Source of the DNA: a virus
Lineage: Duplodnaviria; Caudoviricetes
Reading direction: 5' to 3' (one strand)
Length of the DNA stretch: 53,353 bases
Virus record (IMG/VR): IMGVR_UViG_3300044229_003740
Span: 1 to 53,353 of that record
A program made the translations under genes and the position numbers. A model generated the notes under the pieces. That model was not told the DNA's origin, did not search any database, and worked only from the letters and a program-made list of their open reading frames with translations. The first letter of the stretch is position 1, and each line of letters starts with the position of its first letter. Below, one piece after another: positions 17,917 through 27,347 of the stretch.

Positions 17917-18285
17917 TTAAAGTCTGCTCAGTATTCTGACGCTGCCAAAAGGACGAAGCCAGGGCCTTAGCAAATCTTCGATATACTTCTGGTCCCCCAG
18001 CACGGCGCGGGAGCCATCGGCGTACTCGGTTTCGGACTCGACGCTATCGGCTTTCACCCGCTTGCGCTTCACGTCGCCCCGGGTATCGGCGTACAAAGTG
18101 CCGGCCGCTGCCATCTTGGCAAGATAGGCTCCGGCACGGGTAATGCGGTCATCGTCGGCGTCCGGGGGGATGTTGCGAGCGGTGAGCCAGTCGTTGGCCT
18201 GAGCGACCGCCATCGGCTTAGCGGCGGGGTCGGCCCACTCACTGCCGAGCAGCGAATCGACCTGTTCGACAGTGATATAGGCCAT
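17917..18285 (-). CDS. Head-tail adaptor/connector protein
   Basis: YITVEQVD..L...AN.WL...VKRK.V..D.VE.EY; position after capsid genes. Confidence 0.65.
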   Translation of the reverse strand: MAYITVEQVDSLLGSEWADPAAKPMAVAQANDWLTARNIPPDADDDRITRAGAYLAKMAAAGTLYADTRGDVKRKRVKADSVESETEYADGSRAVLGDQKYIEDLLRPWLRPFGSVRILSRL

Positions 18286-18288
18286 GGC

Positions 18289-18510
18289 TTACTCCGGGTC
18301 TTTGGTCAGCTCGGCGTACTGATTTTCGAGCGTTTCGTCTTTGGTGTTGGCACCGGGGCGCTTGCCGGTAGCCGCTTCGATGGCGTCCATCAGCTCTTGA
18401 CGGCGAGCACTCTTATTGTCTGAGGGCTCAGACTCTTGAGCGCCGCCATTCTTTTGTCGCAGCGAAGCAAAATAAAGCCGGTTGGCATCAGCCAAAGATG
18501 CTTGATTCAT
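18289..18510 (-). CDS. Small capsid-associated protein
   Basis: GGAGG RBS; immediately after major capsid gene; GKRPGANTK.ETL helix-extension-helix-like tail. Confidence 0.55.
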   Translation of the reverse strand: MNQASLADANRLYFASLRQKNGGAQESEPSDNKSARRQELMDAIEAATGKRPGANTKDETLENQYAELTKDPE

Positions 18511-18570
18511 GTGAGCCTCCTAAAAGTTAAGGCGACCTATTGGCCGCCTTTACCTCTTAATATCAGTGGA

Positions 18571-19578
18571 TTATCCGTTGACCTGCAAGAACGCGATTGG
18601 CACAGACTTACGCTCGTAAACACGGTTCCAATTACCAGTAGTGGCCAGCTCGGAAAGCGTAGGGCTCTCACCAGCCACAGAAGAGCCGGTAAATGCAAAG
18701 CCGACCGGATGAATGATGTCTTGGCGGCGGCTATAGATGATCTCTTGGCCGCCACCATTACCAGTCTCAGGCTTACGATCAATCTCTGAGGCTTGATCAG
18801 GCTCAGCGTAACCCCATAGCATCGCGCCAGCGCCGAACAGCGCAGCTGTGTAGGTAATGCGGTTAGTGCCAGCTACGGCAGGCATTCCGTCATCAACAAT
18901 GACGTTGTAGCCCAGGTAGGTCGGGTATAGCAGACCCGTCTCAGGGTCACGCTCGTACTGGATTAGGTTTTGAGACTGAAGCGAGGTGTACAGCACAGAA
19001 TGCAGCGCAATGCCGGTCAGCTCGCCAGCCGCATCCCCCATGGTCTGCTTGGCTGCAAGAACAGCTTCGCCGCTGATCTTCTCGTCGGCAGTGGGCGCGC
19101 CTGCGGCGTCGGTCGCCACGCTATACACCATGTCTTCGCCGTCATTGGCGACGTTATCGGCCAGCACGCCCATCAGCGATTGAATGGTCCGCTTCTGAAT
19201 CTGCGTGGCCCAGTAGACGCCGATTTTCTGCGTAATACCGTCCAGCGGGTCTTTTAGGGCTAGCTCACGCGCCAAGTCCATGGCGGACCATGACTGGTTC
19301 ATGAAGGCTTTGCGCCCCATTTGCAGGCCACCCGACATTTTCTGAGGGGTAGAGCTGGTAGTGGGGTCGTCGCTCGAGTAGTTGGGCTCAACATCAGCCA
19401 GCGGCTTGTAGAACGGCAGCTCGATAGCTCGGCCCGGTCCTGCGGCAAAACCATCAAGCTGGCCATCGCGCTGCATGACGCCAGATTGATAGAAGCGGTT
19501 TGCAATGGTTGACGCTTCATCAACACCCTGGTTGAAGGTCGTCGGTTCGTAAATATCGCTAATGCGAGTAGTGGCCAT
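18571..19578 (-). CDS. Major capsid protein
   Basis: MATTRISDIYEP start, IELPFYKPL, IVDDGMP, HPVGF, NWNRVYERK.VPIAFL; follows scaffold. Confidence 0.88.
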   Translation of the reverse strand: MATTRISDIYEPTTFNQGVDEASTIANRFYQSGVMQRDGQLDGFAAGPGRAIELPFYKPLADVEPNYSSDDPTTSSTPQKMSGGLQMGRKAFMNQSWSAMDLARELALKDPLDGITQKIGVYWATQIQKRTIQSLMGVLADNVANDGEDMVYSVATDAAGAPTADEKISGEAVLAAKQTMGDAAGELTGIALHSVLYTSLQSQNLIQYERDPETGLLYPTYLGYNVIVDDGMPAVAGTNRITYTAALFGAGAMLWGYAEPDQASEIDRKPETGNGGGQEIIYSRRQDIIHPVGFAFTGSSVAGESPTLSELATTGNWNRVYERKSVPIAFLQVNG

Positions 19579-19668
19579 GAGTAAATCCTCGTAGGTCGAT
19601 GGCTAAGGGTTTTGGGATCGGCGCAGCCGTGATTTGGGACGGCGGCGCAGCCACCGACCCCGGTTTGG

Positions 19669-20460
19669 TTACTCTTGAATGCCAGCCTCGACCATGAGGC
19701 GCTTGGCTAGCTCTGGTTCGTGGCGCTTGATGCGCGCCTGTTCGGTCAAGTTCCGCTGGTCTGATTTCCAGGGATTGACCTTGGTAGATGCGTTGCCGTT
19801 ATTGCCCGGGGCGTTGCCGCCTTTCGGCTGAGGGAAGATGTACGGATGGGATTCTCGCAGCTGCTCGGCCGCCCACTCCTCGAACGTGAGCGCGCCTTTC
19901 TTACCGGTGACGATGTTACCGTCTTTGTCACGCAGCACCGGTTCGCCGTCCTCCAGCTTCCACTGAGACTTGGCCAGCATCTTGACGACATCCATCGCCT
20001 CAGGGATGACGCCCGCCTTGGACGCGGCAGCCATGGCTCGGTTGTCGACCAGTTCTTGGGTCAACTGCTGCTCCAGGTGCTGCTTACCCTTGGTCAGCTC
20101 CTCGATCTGCTGTTGCAGTGCGGATTCGCTGGACTTGCGCTCGGCCTCCCAGCGCTCCTTGTGCTTCTTCAGCAGCTCGTCGGTCTTGCCCTCGGCAGCC
20201 AGGCGGGCCATCTCGTCGTTTTCGAGGCGATCCATCATGGCCTTGACGTCCTCGGGGGTGCGCTCGCCGAAGGCGGATTGCAGGCTGGTCAGCGTGCCTT
20301 CCATCTTCTTGCGGCTCTCGCGCTCCTTCTTCAGCTCATCGAGCACCTGCTGTTTGTTACCCTCAAGACCGGCACGGTCCTTCTGGATAGCATCAGCGAT
20401 GGCTTTGCGCTGCTCCTCGTCTTCAACGGTGGATTCCAGCAGTTTCAGCAGTTCGTCCAT
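19669..20460 (-). CDS. Capsid scaffolding protein
   Basis: Charged coiled-coil; C-terminal NPWK...NLTEQARI....PELAKRL; precedes capsid gene. Confidence 0.78.
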   Translation of the reverse strand: MDELLKLLESTVEDEEQRKAIADAIQKDRAGLEGNKQQVLDELKKERESRKKMEGTLTSLQSAFGERTPEDVKAMMDRLENDEMARLAAEGKTDELLKKHKERWEAERKSSESALQQQIEELTKGKQHLEQQLTQELVDNRAMAAASKAGVIPEAMDVVKMLAKSQWKLEDGEPVLRDKDGNIVTGKKGALTFEEWAAEQLRESHPYIFPQPKGGNAPGNNGNASTKVNPWKSDQRNLTEQARIKRHEPELAKRLMVEAGIQE

Positions 20461-20556
20461 CTATTCCCTCCAGGCGCAGCCTGTATTGCATGTGAGCCCA
20501 GCGCAGCTAGGCATAAAAAAGGCCGCCCGAAGGCAGCCTGTTAGAAAGAATTGGGG

Positions 20557-20865
20557 TTATACGGTCGCCACGGTCTTGCCGTTGGCGTTCATGATCCAAG
20601 CGCGGTCGTCGTCGTAGATGTACGTCTTGCACAGGGTAACGCCCGGACCTTTATCATCTGGCGTGGAGTAGCAGATAATCGCGCGCGGGTTGTGGTGCGT
20701 GAATGGCTCAATGCTGCCGAGGTTCACTTGCTCTTTGAGGCTCTCTTCAAGCTCTATGCAGAGCTGGTGGTAGTCGCTGTCGCCTTTGGCTAAAACAACA
20801 ACTTGACCGACGCACGGGATGACCTGATAGCCCTCGCCAGTGTGCATTACTTTGATGGTTTGCAT
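20557..20865 (-). CDS. Hypothetical protein (moron in head module)
   Basis: CAGGAG RBS; flanked by terminator-like hairpins; ends AWIMNANGKTVATV. Confidence 0.7.
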   Translation of the reverse strand: MQTIKVMHTGEGYQVIPCVGQVVVLAKGDSDYHQLCIELEESLKEQVNLGSIEPFTHHNPRAIICYSTPDDKGPGVTLCKTYIYDDDRAWIMNANGKTVATV

Positions 20866-20944
20866 TTCATTCTCCTGCTGCTACGAAAAAGCCCCGGCGG
20901 ATGCCAGGGCTTGGGTGGTGATTGGGCTTTAACAGATAATGTTG

Positions 20945-21187
20945 CTACTTGCGTGACAGCTCTGGGTAAAGCTGTGGGTCAAACCGGTGTTTTCCGTCCT
21001 TGCTAAAGCAGTATACGTTCACAACTTCGCGAATTATTGGATCTGGTCTTTCATGCTCACCTACGAGCCATGAGCGCTCAGCAACCCTCATCCGGCCATT
21101 TGCTATCTGCTTATCGCGCTTCTCGCCCCGGCGAAACCCTGAACAAGTAACGGCGCAAAATGGATGCTTTCGTCTACTGCGGCTCAT
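20945..21187 (-). CDS. Small basic hypothetical protein (start MSRSRRKHP)
   Basis: TAGGAG RBS before ATG 21187; 80 aa. Confidence 0.65.
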   Translation of the reverse strand: MSRSRRKHPFCAVTCSGFRRGEKRDKQIANGRMRVAERSWLVGEHERPDPIIREVVNVYCFSKDGKHRFDPQLYPELSRK

Positions 21188-21347
21188 TGAATAACTCCTA
21201 GGCGAATCTGAACAGCCAGACTCAACTCCCAATTCATCCGCATGATGATCAGGTCGTGAAGGGTAGCAATGCCCGCCTGTTGTCGCTGCCAGCATTGCCA
21301 CCATGTTAGGAAGTTAGCGTCGCAGGGTGTCATGGGGATAGCTTAAC

Positions 21348-22490
21348 CTATGCAGCCTCAGCGAACAGCCTTTCAAACGTTTCACGGTCACGTGCGCGTA
21401 GCTCTGCAATTGTCAGCTCACCGCCAAGCGGATCACTGAACCGCTCAATTTTGTAGCCGCCCTTTTTGTAAAGCTCGTAGCGGGTAGGGCCAAGCCATTG
21501 GCGCTGAAAGCTTGCCGGTTGCCGTGCGAACCATTGCGGATATTTTGTGCTTGCAGAGACTTGGCCGATCATATCTTCCGGCCGCTTGTCTTTGGGTATT
21601 TGACTCACTGGCTTGAAGGCGCGCACATATGGCCGATTACCCATTATGTTCCCAGCGAAAGAAGGGGCCTGAACTGTGCGGCATCGAAAATGATACGGGG
21701 GTCTGGGGTGAGCGGTACCGACCTTGTGCCTACGGCCATCTATCGAAGCACAATATTTTGTGACCCTAAAATCAATCGTGGCCACGTCAACGACTTCTTC
21801 AACGCCAAGCGCTTCATAGGTCGATTCGTACGCTACATTACTGACATGCCCGCGACTGGTGCGAACAAGGTTATCAATCTCGTTGCGCGTCCAGTTCAGC
21901 GCGCCATCCTTGTACTTGAGTGCCTTAGTGCCGCGTAGAGCTCGAATAATCTGCTGATTCGTCTGGCCGCTGCTAATGCCTTGCCTAATCTGGCTGTAAA
22001 CGATGTTGCGGGTGCGTCTGGGCACATCGTCGAACATATCTTCAACCATCTGGCCTAGCACTGGCTGCTGCATGGCTGACTCATAAACGGCAGCAGCAGC
22101 GGGGGCAGCAGCTACCGCCCCGGTCACGGCATCGGCTACCAAGCTGCGAGCAAAACCCGCCTCATAGCCAGCCAGCTCTTCGAGCGACTTAGCGTTTTCA
22201 GTAGTGACCGCAGTTGCTAGCGACTCGGCCCATTGGTCAATCAGGTTGCGCAAGCCTTTCAGGCGGTCGGTCGTGTATCGACCACGACTGAATGCGGCCA
22301 GCTCAGCAGGCGCTAGGTTATCCAGGCGCTCAGCCAGCTTGACGGCCAGCTCTCCCGCCAGCTCATCAAACTCGGCCACCATACGGTTAACTTGAGCGCT
22401 ACTAGCACGGTGCAGCCATACCGTGTGCGTGGTGATAGCCTCGACCACGACCTCTTGGGCAATGCGCCGTGATTCGCGGTCGTTTGGCAT
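21348..22490 (-). CDS. Head morphogenesis / minor head protein (Mu gpF / SPP1 gp7 family)
   Basis: VATIDFRVT..C.SIDG...PPYHFRCRT; follows portal. Confidence 0.85.
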   Translation of the reverse strand: MPNDRESRRIAQEVVVEAITTHTVWLHRASSAQVNRMVAEFDELAGELAVKLAERLDNLAPAELAAFSRGRYTTDRLKGLRNLIDQWAESLATAVTTENAKSLEELAGYEAGFARSLVADAVTGAVAAAPAAAAVYESAMQQPVLGQMVEDMFDDVPRRTRNIVYSQIRQGISSGQTNQQIIRALRGTKALKYKDGALNWTRNEIDNLVRTSRGHVSNVAYESTYEALGVEEVVDVATIDFRVTKYCASIDGRRHKVGTAHPRPPYHFRCRTVQAPSFAGNIMGNRPYVRAFKPVSQIPKDKRPEDMIGQVSASTKYPQWFARQPASFQRQWLGPTRYELYKKGGYKIERFSDPLGGELTIAELRARDRETFERLFAEAA

Positions 22491-23902
22491 TATGCATCCT
22501 CAAGATTCGGCAGGCCGTCGCCACCCTCCCGCAACGAATCAAGCTGCTCGTCGGTCAGTTCGGTAAGGCCAATTTTGCGCAGCGCGTCGTACAGCACTGC
22601 GCGGGGCGCTTCGCCAGCCATTACGATGTTGGAGACAATTTGCAGAGTGGCGGAATCAATCTCTTCTTTAGAAAACTTGGGCACCACCTTAAAAATGACC
22701 TGCTTGGTCACTTCGGCGTCCTTCATGCCCATCCAATACGCGATGTAGCGAAGCATCTGCTCGACGGCCTCGGCAGCGGTGACGCAGACACTGTAGAGCG
22801 CCGAGTACTGGTCGTTCTGGCGAGCCTTGCGCGCTTCGCCCGACTCTTGGCCACCTATATCGATCACCTTGGCGCCGGACTCTGCGGCGGCGTTTTGCTG
22901 ATCCTGCATGGCCTTGCGCAGCGCATCGATGCCCGCGCCTTGGAACTCCAGATAACCGGCCTGGGCATCCTTGGGCAGCATCCAGGCGGCCATCGGGCCA
23001 GTGACGCGGATATCGTCATCGGTGCCCATGCCGCTAATCCACGGCTGCGGGTGCGCCGTGTAGTGGAGCGCGGCGTAGTAGTCGGCGCTGAGCTGGTAAT
23101 ACTTCAGCGCTGCCTTGGCCATGGTTTGCAGCGGGATCTCGTCAACATCAGCGTTGTTATCGGTGCTGCCCGCAAACACGGCAGGGATGAACGACAGCGG
23201 CGTGCTTTGACTGCCACCGACAAGGCCTGGGTATTCAGGGGGTTCGATCTCGTTCCCGGCATCATTCAGGATGCGAACGCGGTAACGCCTACCTTCCTCG
23301 AGGTCGAGCACCCGGTAAACTGTCTCGTATTCCGGCTTGAACTCGTCGGCACCGTCTTTCACGCGCTGCTCGCTGAACACCACCAGCGTCAGGTCTTGGC
23401 GGCCACCTGCGTCAGCCGTGAGCCAGTTTGGCGCGGTCTCGGCGGTGTAGGTAGCGATATACGGCCGCCCATTATCGTCGAACTCGGCCAGCATCGGCTT
23501 GCGGCCCTTGGTCAGCAGGGCGGAGACGATGCGGAGATAGAGCTGCTTGAGCCCGAATCCGTCGCTGGTCGCCTCATTGATCAGGTCGGCCATGCGCTCC
23601 GGCAACTGAATCTCCGGCTCCTGGCGCGATACCAGTCCGACCATGGTGCGCAATGAGTCTTTGACCCATAGCGGATACTCTGCACGACGCTTGTAGGCGA
23701 GGTAGAGCTGCTTGGCCTGCTCGGGCGATAGCGGGCTGTTGTCCGTTGCTGCCAGCGACTCGGCCTCAATCATTCCCGAGGTTTTGGGCAGGTAGGTGGT
23801 GCCGCCAGCGGAAATGGCGCGCGGCCCGACCAGGGCGTCTTCCATCTCCTGCCACTCCTCGAGCATGGCGGCATATTGATCGTTTTGCGATGTGACCGCC
23901 AT
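22490..23902 (-). CDS. Portal protein (DUF4055-type)
   Basis: YLPK..G...Y.AYKRRAEY, PL..MA..AL.YYQLSADY...LH.TAHPQ; follows terminase. Confidence 0.85.
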   Translation of the reverse strand: MAVTSQNDQYAAMLEEWQEMEDALVGPRAISAGGTTYLPKTSGMIEAESLAATDNSPLSPEQAKQLYLAYKRRAEYPLWVKDSLRTMVGLVSRQEPEIQLPERMADLINEATSDGFGLKQLYLRIVSALLTKGRKPMLAEFDDNGRPYIATYTAETAPNWLTADAGGRQDLTLVVFSEQRVKDGADEFKPEYETVYRVLDLEEGRRYRVRILNDAGNEIEPPEYPGLVGGSQSTPLSFIPAVFAGSTDNNADVDEIPLQTMAKAALKYYQLSADYYAALHYTAHPQPWISGMGTDDDIRVTGPMAAWMLPKDAQAGYLEFQGAGIDALRKAMQDQQNAAAESGAKVIDIGGQESGEARKARQNDQYSALYSVCVTAAEAVEQMLRYIAYWMGMKDAEVTKQVIFKVVPKFSKEEIDSATLQIVSNIVMAGEAPRAVLYDALRKIGLTELTDEQLDSLREGGDGLPNLEDA

Positions 23903-23904
23903 AG

Positions 23905-25230
23905 TTAGCCGAGGCCTCCGATTCGTTTCATGCCGACTTTCGGCTTGTAGATGGGATATTCTTTGAAAATGAAGTAGCCAGCCGCGTCATTTGGGTGGTC
24001 TTTATCGCCTTCTTTCTCAGGCTCGCCGTGTATCGTCCAGGCCTGCTGCTCCAGCGTGTCTGCGTAGGTCGGGCACTTGCTGATATTGACCTTGTAGCGT
24101 CGCTCGCCTTTAGCGTTACAGAAGGCTGCATTCATGCTGTTCACGCGATCTTTAACTGGCGGGTTGCTGGCATCGACAATTACCTTAAACCCCGCCTGCT
24201 TTAACTGCTCAATATCAGTTGTAGAGGCGTTGACGCTTTTTCGTGAATCGCCGCTGGCGTCGGGATAGATGCGTATCTCGCAGGACTTGCGATAATCACC
24301 GTCTCGATATTCCCAATAGCGCTCCTTGATCTGCCGGATCATGTCCGGCGTATCGAGGCCGCCCATAATCTCGTCTACGGCCCTGGGGTCACCATCACGC
24401 TTAACGTGAGTGATCGCACTCATCTTGCCCACGTTGAAGTCGAGGCCGATATAAAGCGGCTCGCCTTTACTTAGCGTGTCGTTGCAATCACTAAGGCGTC
24501 GATCAAACTGGCGGTATACGGTGCCTGTCGTCAGGTTGACGAACAGTCCGCGCAAGTAGGCATCGATAAGCTGAGGCGGGTAGGCCTCAAGCAACGAATC
24601 TATATAGTCATCAGGAAGGTTCGCTTCATTGTCATACGTGGACGCCTGAACCAGTCCGTAGCGCGCCGCCATCTCTGGCTTTTCTCGGAGCGTCTTGACG
24701 AACAGCTCGTGAACAAACTTGAAGCCTTCCGGCGTCGTCGTGACATCAATGCCGTTCTTGAGGTTGTCGACCTTGTAGCGCATCCGCGCCATGATCTTGC
24801 GCCACGCCATACGGGCTTTGGCAGCGGCCATGATATCCAGCTCATCAACCAACGCATGGCCGATCTTGAAGCCGACGATAGCGCCCGGCTTGTCCATCGA
24901 GCGACAAATGGTGGTAGATCGGTATTGGCGACCGCTATACAGGTGCACCTCGCGGTTCCCTTCCCGTATCTCAGCGCGCAGCCCCATGGCGTGAGCCACT
25001 TCCTCAATTGTGGGGTAGAAGATGTCGCGTATCTGAGGGTAGGTGGGGGCAAAGTAGCCCATATTGATACCGGGGTGCTGCCAAGCGTGAGCGCCAATTC
25101 CAGCACAACCTACCCAGGTCTTGCCGCTACCGAAACCGGCCACGTATGCCCGGAACTTGTGCGGCAACGAAAGAAATTCGCCTTGAGGCCGGTTAAGCGT
25201 CACCTCGGTCGCGTTCTGGGCTGCTTGCAT
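23905..25230 (-). CDS. terL: Terminase large subunit
   Basis: Walker A AGFGSGKT, Walker B ALVDELD, TTTPEG, nuclease GLDFN and DHPNDAAGY. Confidence 0.95.
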   Translation of the reverse strand: MQAAQNATEVTLNRPQGEFLSLPHKFRAYVAGFGSGKTWVGCAGIGAHAWQHPGINMGYFAPTYPQIRDIFYPTIEEVAHAMGLRAEIREGNREVHLYSGRQYRSTTICRSMDKPGAIVGFKIGHALVDELDIMAAAKARMAWRKIMARMRYKVDNLKNGIDVTTTPEGFKFVHELFVKTLREKPEMAARYGLVQASTYDNEANLPDDYIDSLLEAYPPQLIDAYLRGLFVNLTTGTVYRQFDRRLSDCNDTLSKGEPLYIGLDFNVGKMSAITHVKRDGDPRAVDEIMGGLDTPDMIRQIKERYWEYRDGDYRKSCEIRIYPDASGDSRKSVNASTTDIEQLKQAGFKVIVDASNPPVKDRVNSMNAAFCNAKGERRYKVNISKCPTYADTLEQQAWTIHGEPEKEGDKDHPNDAAGYFIFKEYPIYKPKVGMKRIGGLG

Positions 25231-25651
25231 CCTGCACCTTAAAGACTACCTGAACGGGTTGGGGGGCATCATTACCCGTATCGGCTTCCGGCTTATTCCG
25301 CCATCGGTCAGGCTTCCGGTTGTTCAGCCAAATAGCTGCAGCGGTTGTATCCGGCGGGTAATGCTTCATCGTCTGATGAGTAATTATCTCGCCATTGTTC
25401 TGAAACACCTTCTCCTCTGGGTGCGTGTAACCAAGGGCGCGCTCATAGAGCCGAGTAGCTACCTCGGCATCCGCTAATATCTTCCCCTTTTTAATGGACT
25501 CCAAAAACTCTTTGTGAGCCTTCTTCCAGTTGTTAATAGTGGACTCAGGCACTTCAAAGAAATCAGCTAAGTCAGCATCCGTCGCCCCCAGCAAGCACAG
25601 TTTGCGGGCCTGCTCGGCGAACTCCGCCCTGTACTTGGTTGGTCTTGCCAT
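25193..25651 (-). CDS. terS: Terminase small subunit (HTH type)
   Basis: MARPTKY...LCLLGATDA.LADFF.V..STINNWK...LYERALGY...PPDTTAA.IWL.NR.P..WR; immediately upstream of terL. Confidence 0.85.
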   Translation of the reverse strand: MARPTKYRAEFAEQARKLCLLGATDADLADFFEVPESTINNWKKAHKEFLESIKKGKILADAEVATRLYERALGYTHPEEKVFQNNGEIITHQTMKHYPPDTTAAAIWLNNRKPDRWRNKPEADTGNDAPQPVQVVFKVQDASSPERDRGDA

Positions 25652-26300
25652 TTTGATATTCCAATAGCTGCGAAGGGGAGAAGGTGCCGTTGAAGTCGTC
25701 AGGCACCTGAGAAAGCTCTATAAATCCATTGCGAATCTTGTCGTAGCACTCATCAAGACCGCCAAATACTCTTATTACGGTATCGTGAAGGCCGGGGTGC
25801 AACTCACGCTTCCACACCTCCCGGCTCTTCATTCGATCAAGATTGTATTGGGCGCCGAGTCTCGTTCGTTCGCCGCAAGAGGTGATGCCTTTAACCTTGT
25901 TCGTTATGCCCTCTTCCTTGAGAAGGCTGATCAGCTCGCGCTCATGCTTATAGGCCGCCGCCTCTGATTCTGCCGGGCAGTAAGCAATTTCTATCTCTTT
26001 TCCCTGAGAATGGACTTCACGAATAGCGCTGTACTTTGCACCGTTACTGACGACGCCAGACCTTGCTTCTCTCGCATGCTGCCGCGAACGGTTTCTTATG
26101 CCTTTACCAACATAGATAACGCGGTCGGTTATAGGATTGATTAGCAAGTAGACGTAATAGCCGCTCTTTGGCTCCTCGCCTGTAAATTCTGGCGACGTCA
26201 TAACAGCAGCAGACGCTAAGCCGTGATGCAAATACTCATCAACAAATCTCGACTGCCGTGCTGTCAGCGCGACAGCCTCCCGGGCAGTCTTCTTAGCCAT
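25572..26300 (-). CDS. GIY-YIG (LEM-3-like) endonuclease with N-terminal terminase-small-subunit stub
   Basis: YYVYLLINP....IYVGKG..NR..QH; first 24 aa contain LTARQSRFVDEYL. Confidence 0.8.
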   Translation of the reverse strand: MAKKTAREAVALTARQSRFVDEYLHHGLASAAVMTSPEFTGEEPKSGYYVYLLINPITDRVIYVGKGIRNRSRQHAREARSGVVSNGAKYSAIREVHSQGKEIEIAYCPAESEAAAYKHERELISLLKEEGITNKVKGITSCGERTRLGAQYNLDRMKSREVWKRELHPGLHDTVIRVFGGLDECYDKIRNGFIELSQVPDDFNGTFSPSQLLEYQNGKTNQVQGGVRRAGPQTVLAGGDGC

Positions 26301-26399
26301 TTGGTTACCTATTCAATGTTTGCGCTTGCGATGCCAGTAACACGACAGCAGCCACACGGCCACTATCCAGCGGAGGCGGCGAGGCGGCGAGGCGACCAG

Positions 26400-26525
26400 T
26401 CATCGCCTGAAGCCTTCCAATAGAGAAACGCCGATTACCGCAAACAGGCATAAGAGAAAAAATGCAGGAACGCCGATGCCTATGCCTAAAGTCCACAGCA
26501 GCCATTCAGGAATGTGGATCGTCAT
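26400..26525 (-). CDS. Small 41-aa membrane protein in lysis region (not in ORF track)
   Basis: MTIHIPEWLLWTLGIGIGVPAFFLLCLFAVIGVSLLEGFRR*; GAGG upstream. Confidence 0.5.
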   Translation of the reverse strand: MTIHIPEWLLWTLGIGIGVPAFFLLCLFAVIGVSLLEGFRR

Positions 26526-26541
26526 ATCGCATGCCTCTCAG

Positions 26542-27105
26542 TTACTTATTGCGAATAGCGCCTATCGCGTCCATAAAGCCAGTAGGCCGCTGCCCGGCAG
26601 ACACCTGCTTGTCCTGGCTGCGCTTATGGACGTTGATGCCGAGAATGGCCAGGGCAACAGACCACATTGGCGTTAAGGCGGTGATGGCCTGGGCGACAAT
26701 GCCCGCTTCTTCCGGTGAGGCGACGATGGTCCACCCAATGGCGATGGATTGCAGGGCCCATGACACGGCCACCAGATAACCGAAGGTCGGACGCCACCGG
26801 CGGACATACACATCATCAGCCTTCGCCTCGGTGCGCATCGTTTCGTTGACCTCGGCTAAGCGGTTTGTCTCAGCCTGTAGCATCAGGCTCATGATTTCCC
26901 GCTGGTGTTCATTCTCGACAGCCTTTAGTTTTGCCGCTGACTCGGAATTTGACGCCGCTTGCTCAAGTGCTTCCGGCGTTGCTTCAACACCCAGAGCGCG
27001 AGCGAGTAGGTCGCCAATTGCAGAGCCAGCCGGGCCACCAAGAGCCCCGCCAGCAACCGGCGCAACTTTACCCACCGTTTTGGCAACATCGGACCATTCC
27101 ATCAT
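26542..27105 (-). CDS. Holin-family protein (GTA-type 3TM holin)
   Basis: VAP..GGALGGPAG N-terminus, WRPTFGY and C-terminal transmembrane segments ending LGI....RS.DK. Confidence 0.75.
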   Translation of the reverse strand: MMEWSDVAKTVGKVAPVAGGALGGPAGSAIGDLLARALGVEATPEALEQAASNSESAAKLKAVENEHQREIMSLMLQAETNRLAEVNETMRTEAKADDVYVRRWRPTFGYLVAVSWALQSIAIGWTIVASPEEAGIVAQAITALTPMWSVALAILGINVHKRSQDKQVSAGQRPTGFMDAIGAIRNK

Positions 27106-27347
27106 TAACCTCCACGGCGCGTGTTATTCGCGATCTCAAGCAAGTAGCGGTTCGTCTCGGCGTGTCGCTCATCCATCTTCTTTTCCAGACGATCAACGCG
27201 GTGGTGCATTTCCCGCATGTCTTCGCGGTGCCAGCGGTACAGAACGCCCGCCAAGGTGAAGATGCCCAATGTCAGTATTCCCAGGGTGTAGCGCAGCACG
27301 GTCGGCGTTTGGTCGAAGATCAAGTCCCATACTTTGATGTCAGTCAT
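27105..27347 (-). CDS. Small membrane-anchored lysis-region protein (holin/antiholin-like)
   Basis: One transmembrane helix followed by a coiled coil; between endolysin and holin. Confidence 0.6.
   Translation of the reverse strand: MTDIKVWDLIFDQTPTVLRYTLGILTLGIFTLAGVLYRWHREDMREMHHRVDRLEKKMDERHAETNRYLLEIANNTRRGG

Noticed and set aside
22469-23656. Long antisense ORFs (395 aa here; also 19846-20617, 42688-43275 and others)
   Set aside because: Shadows of well-supported genes on the opposite strand in GC-rich DNA, with no RBS or motifs
26305-26403. GAGGCGGC x2 short repeat as a phase-variable frameshift in a tiny ORF
   Set aside because: Only two copies, and neither reading frame has independent support
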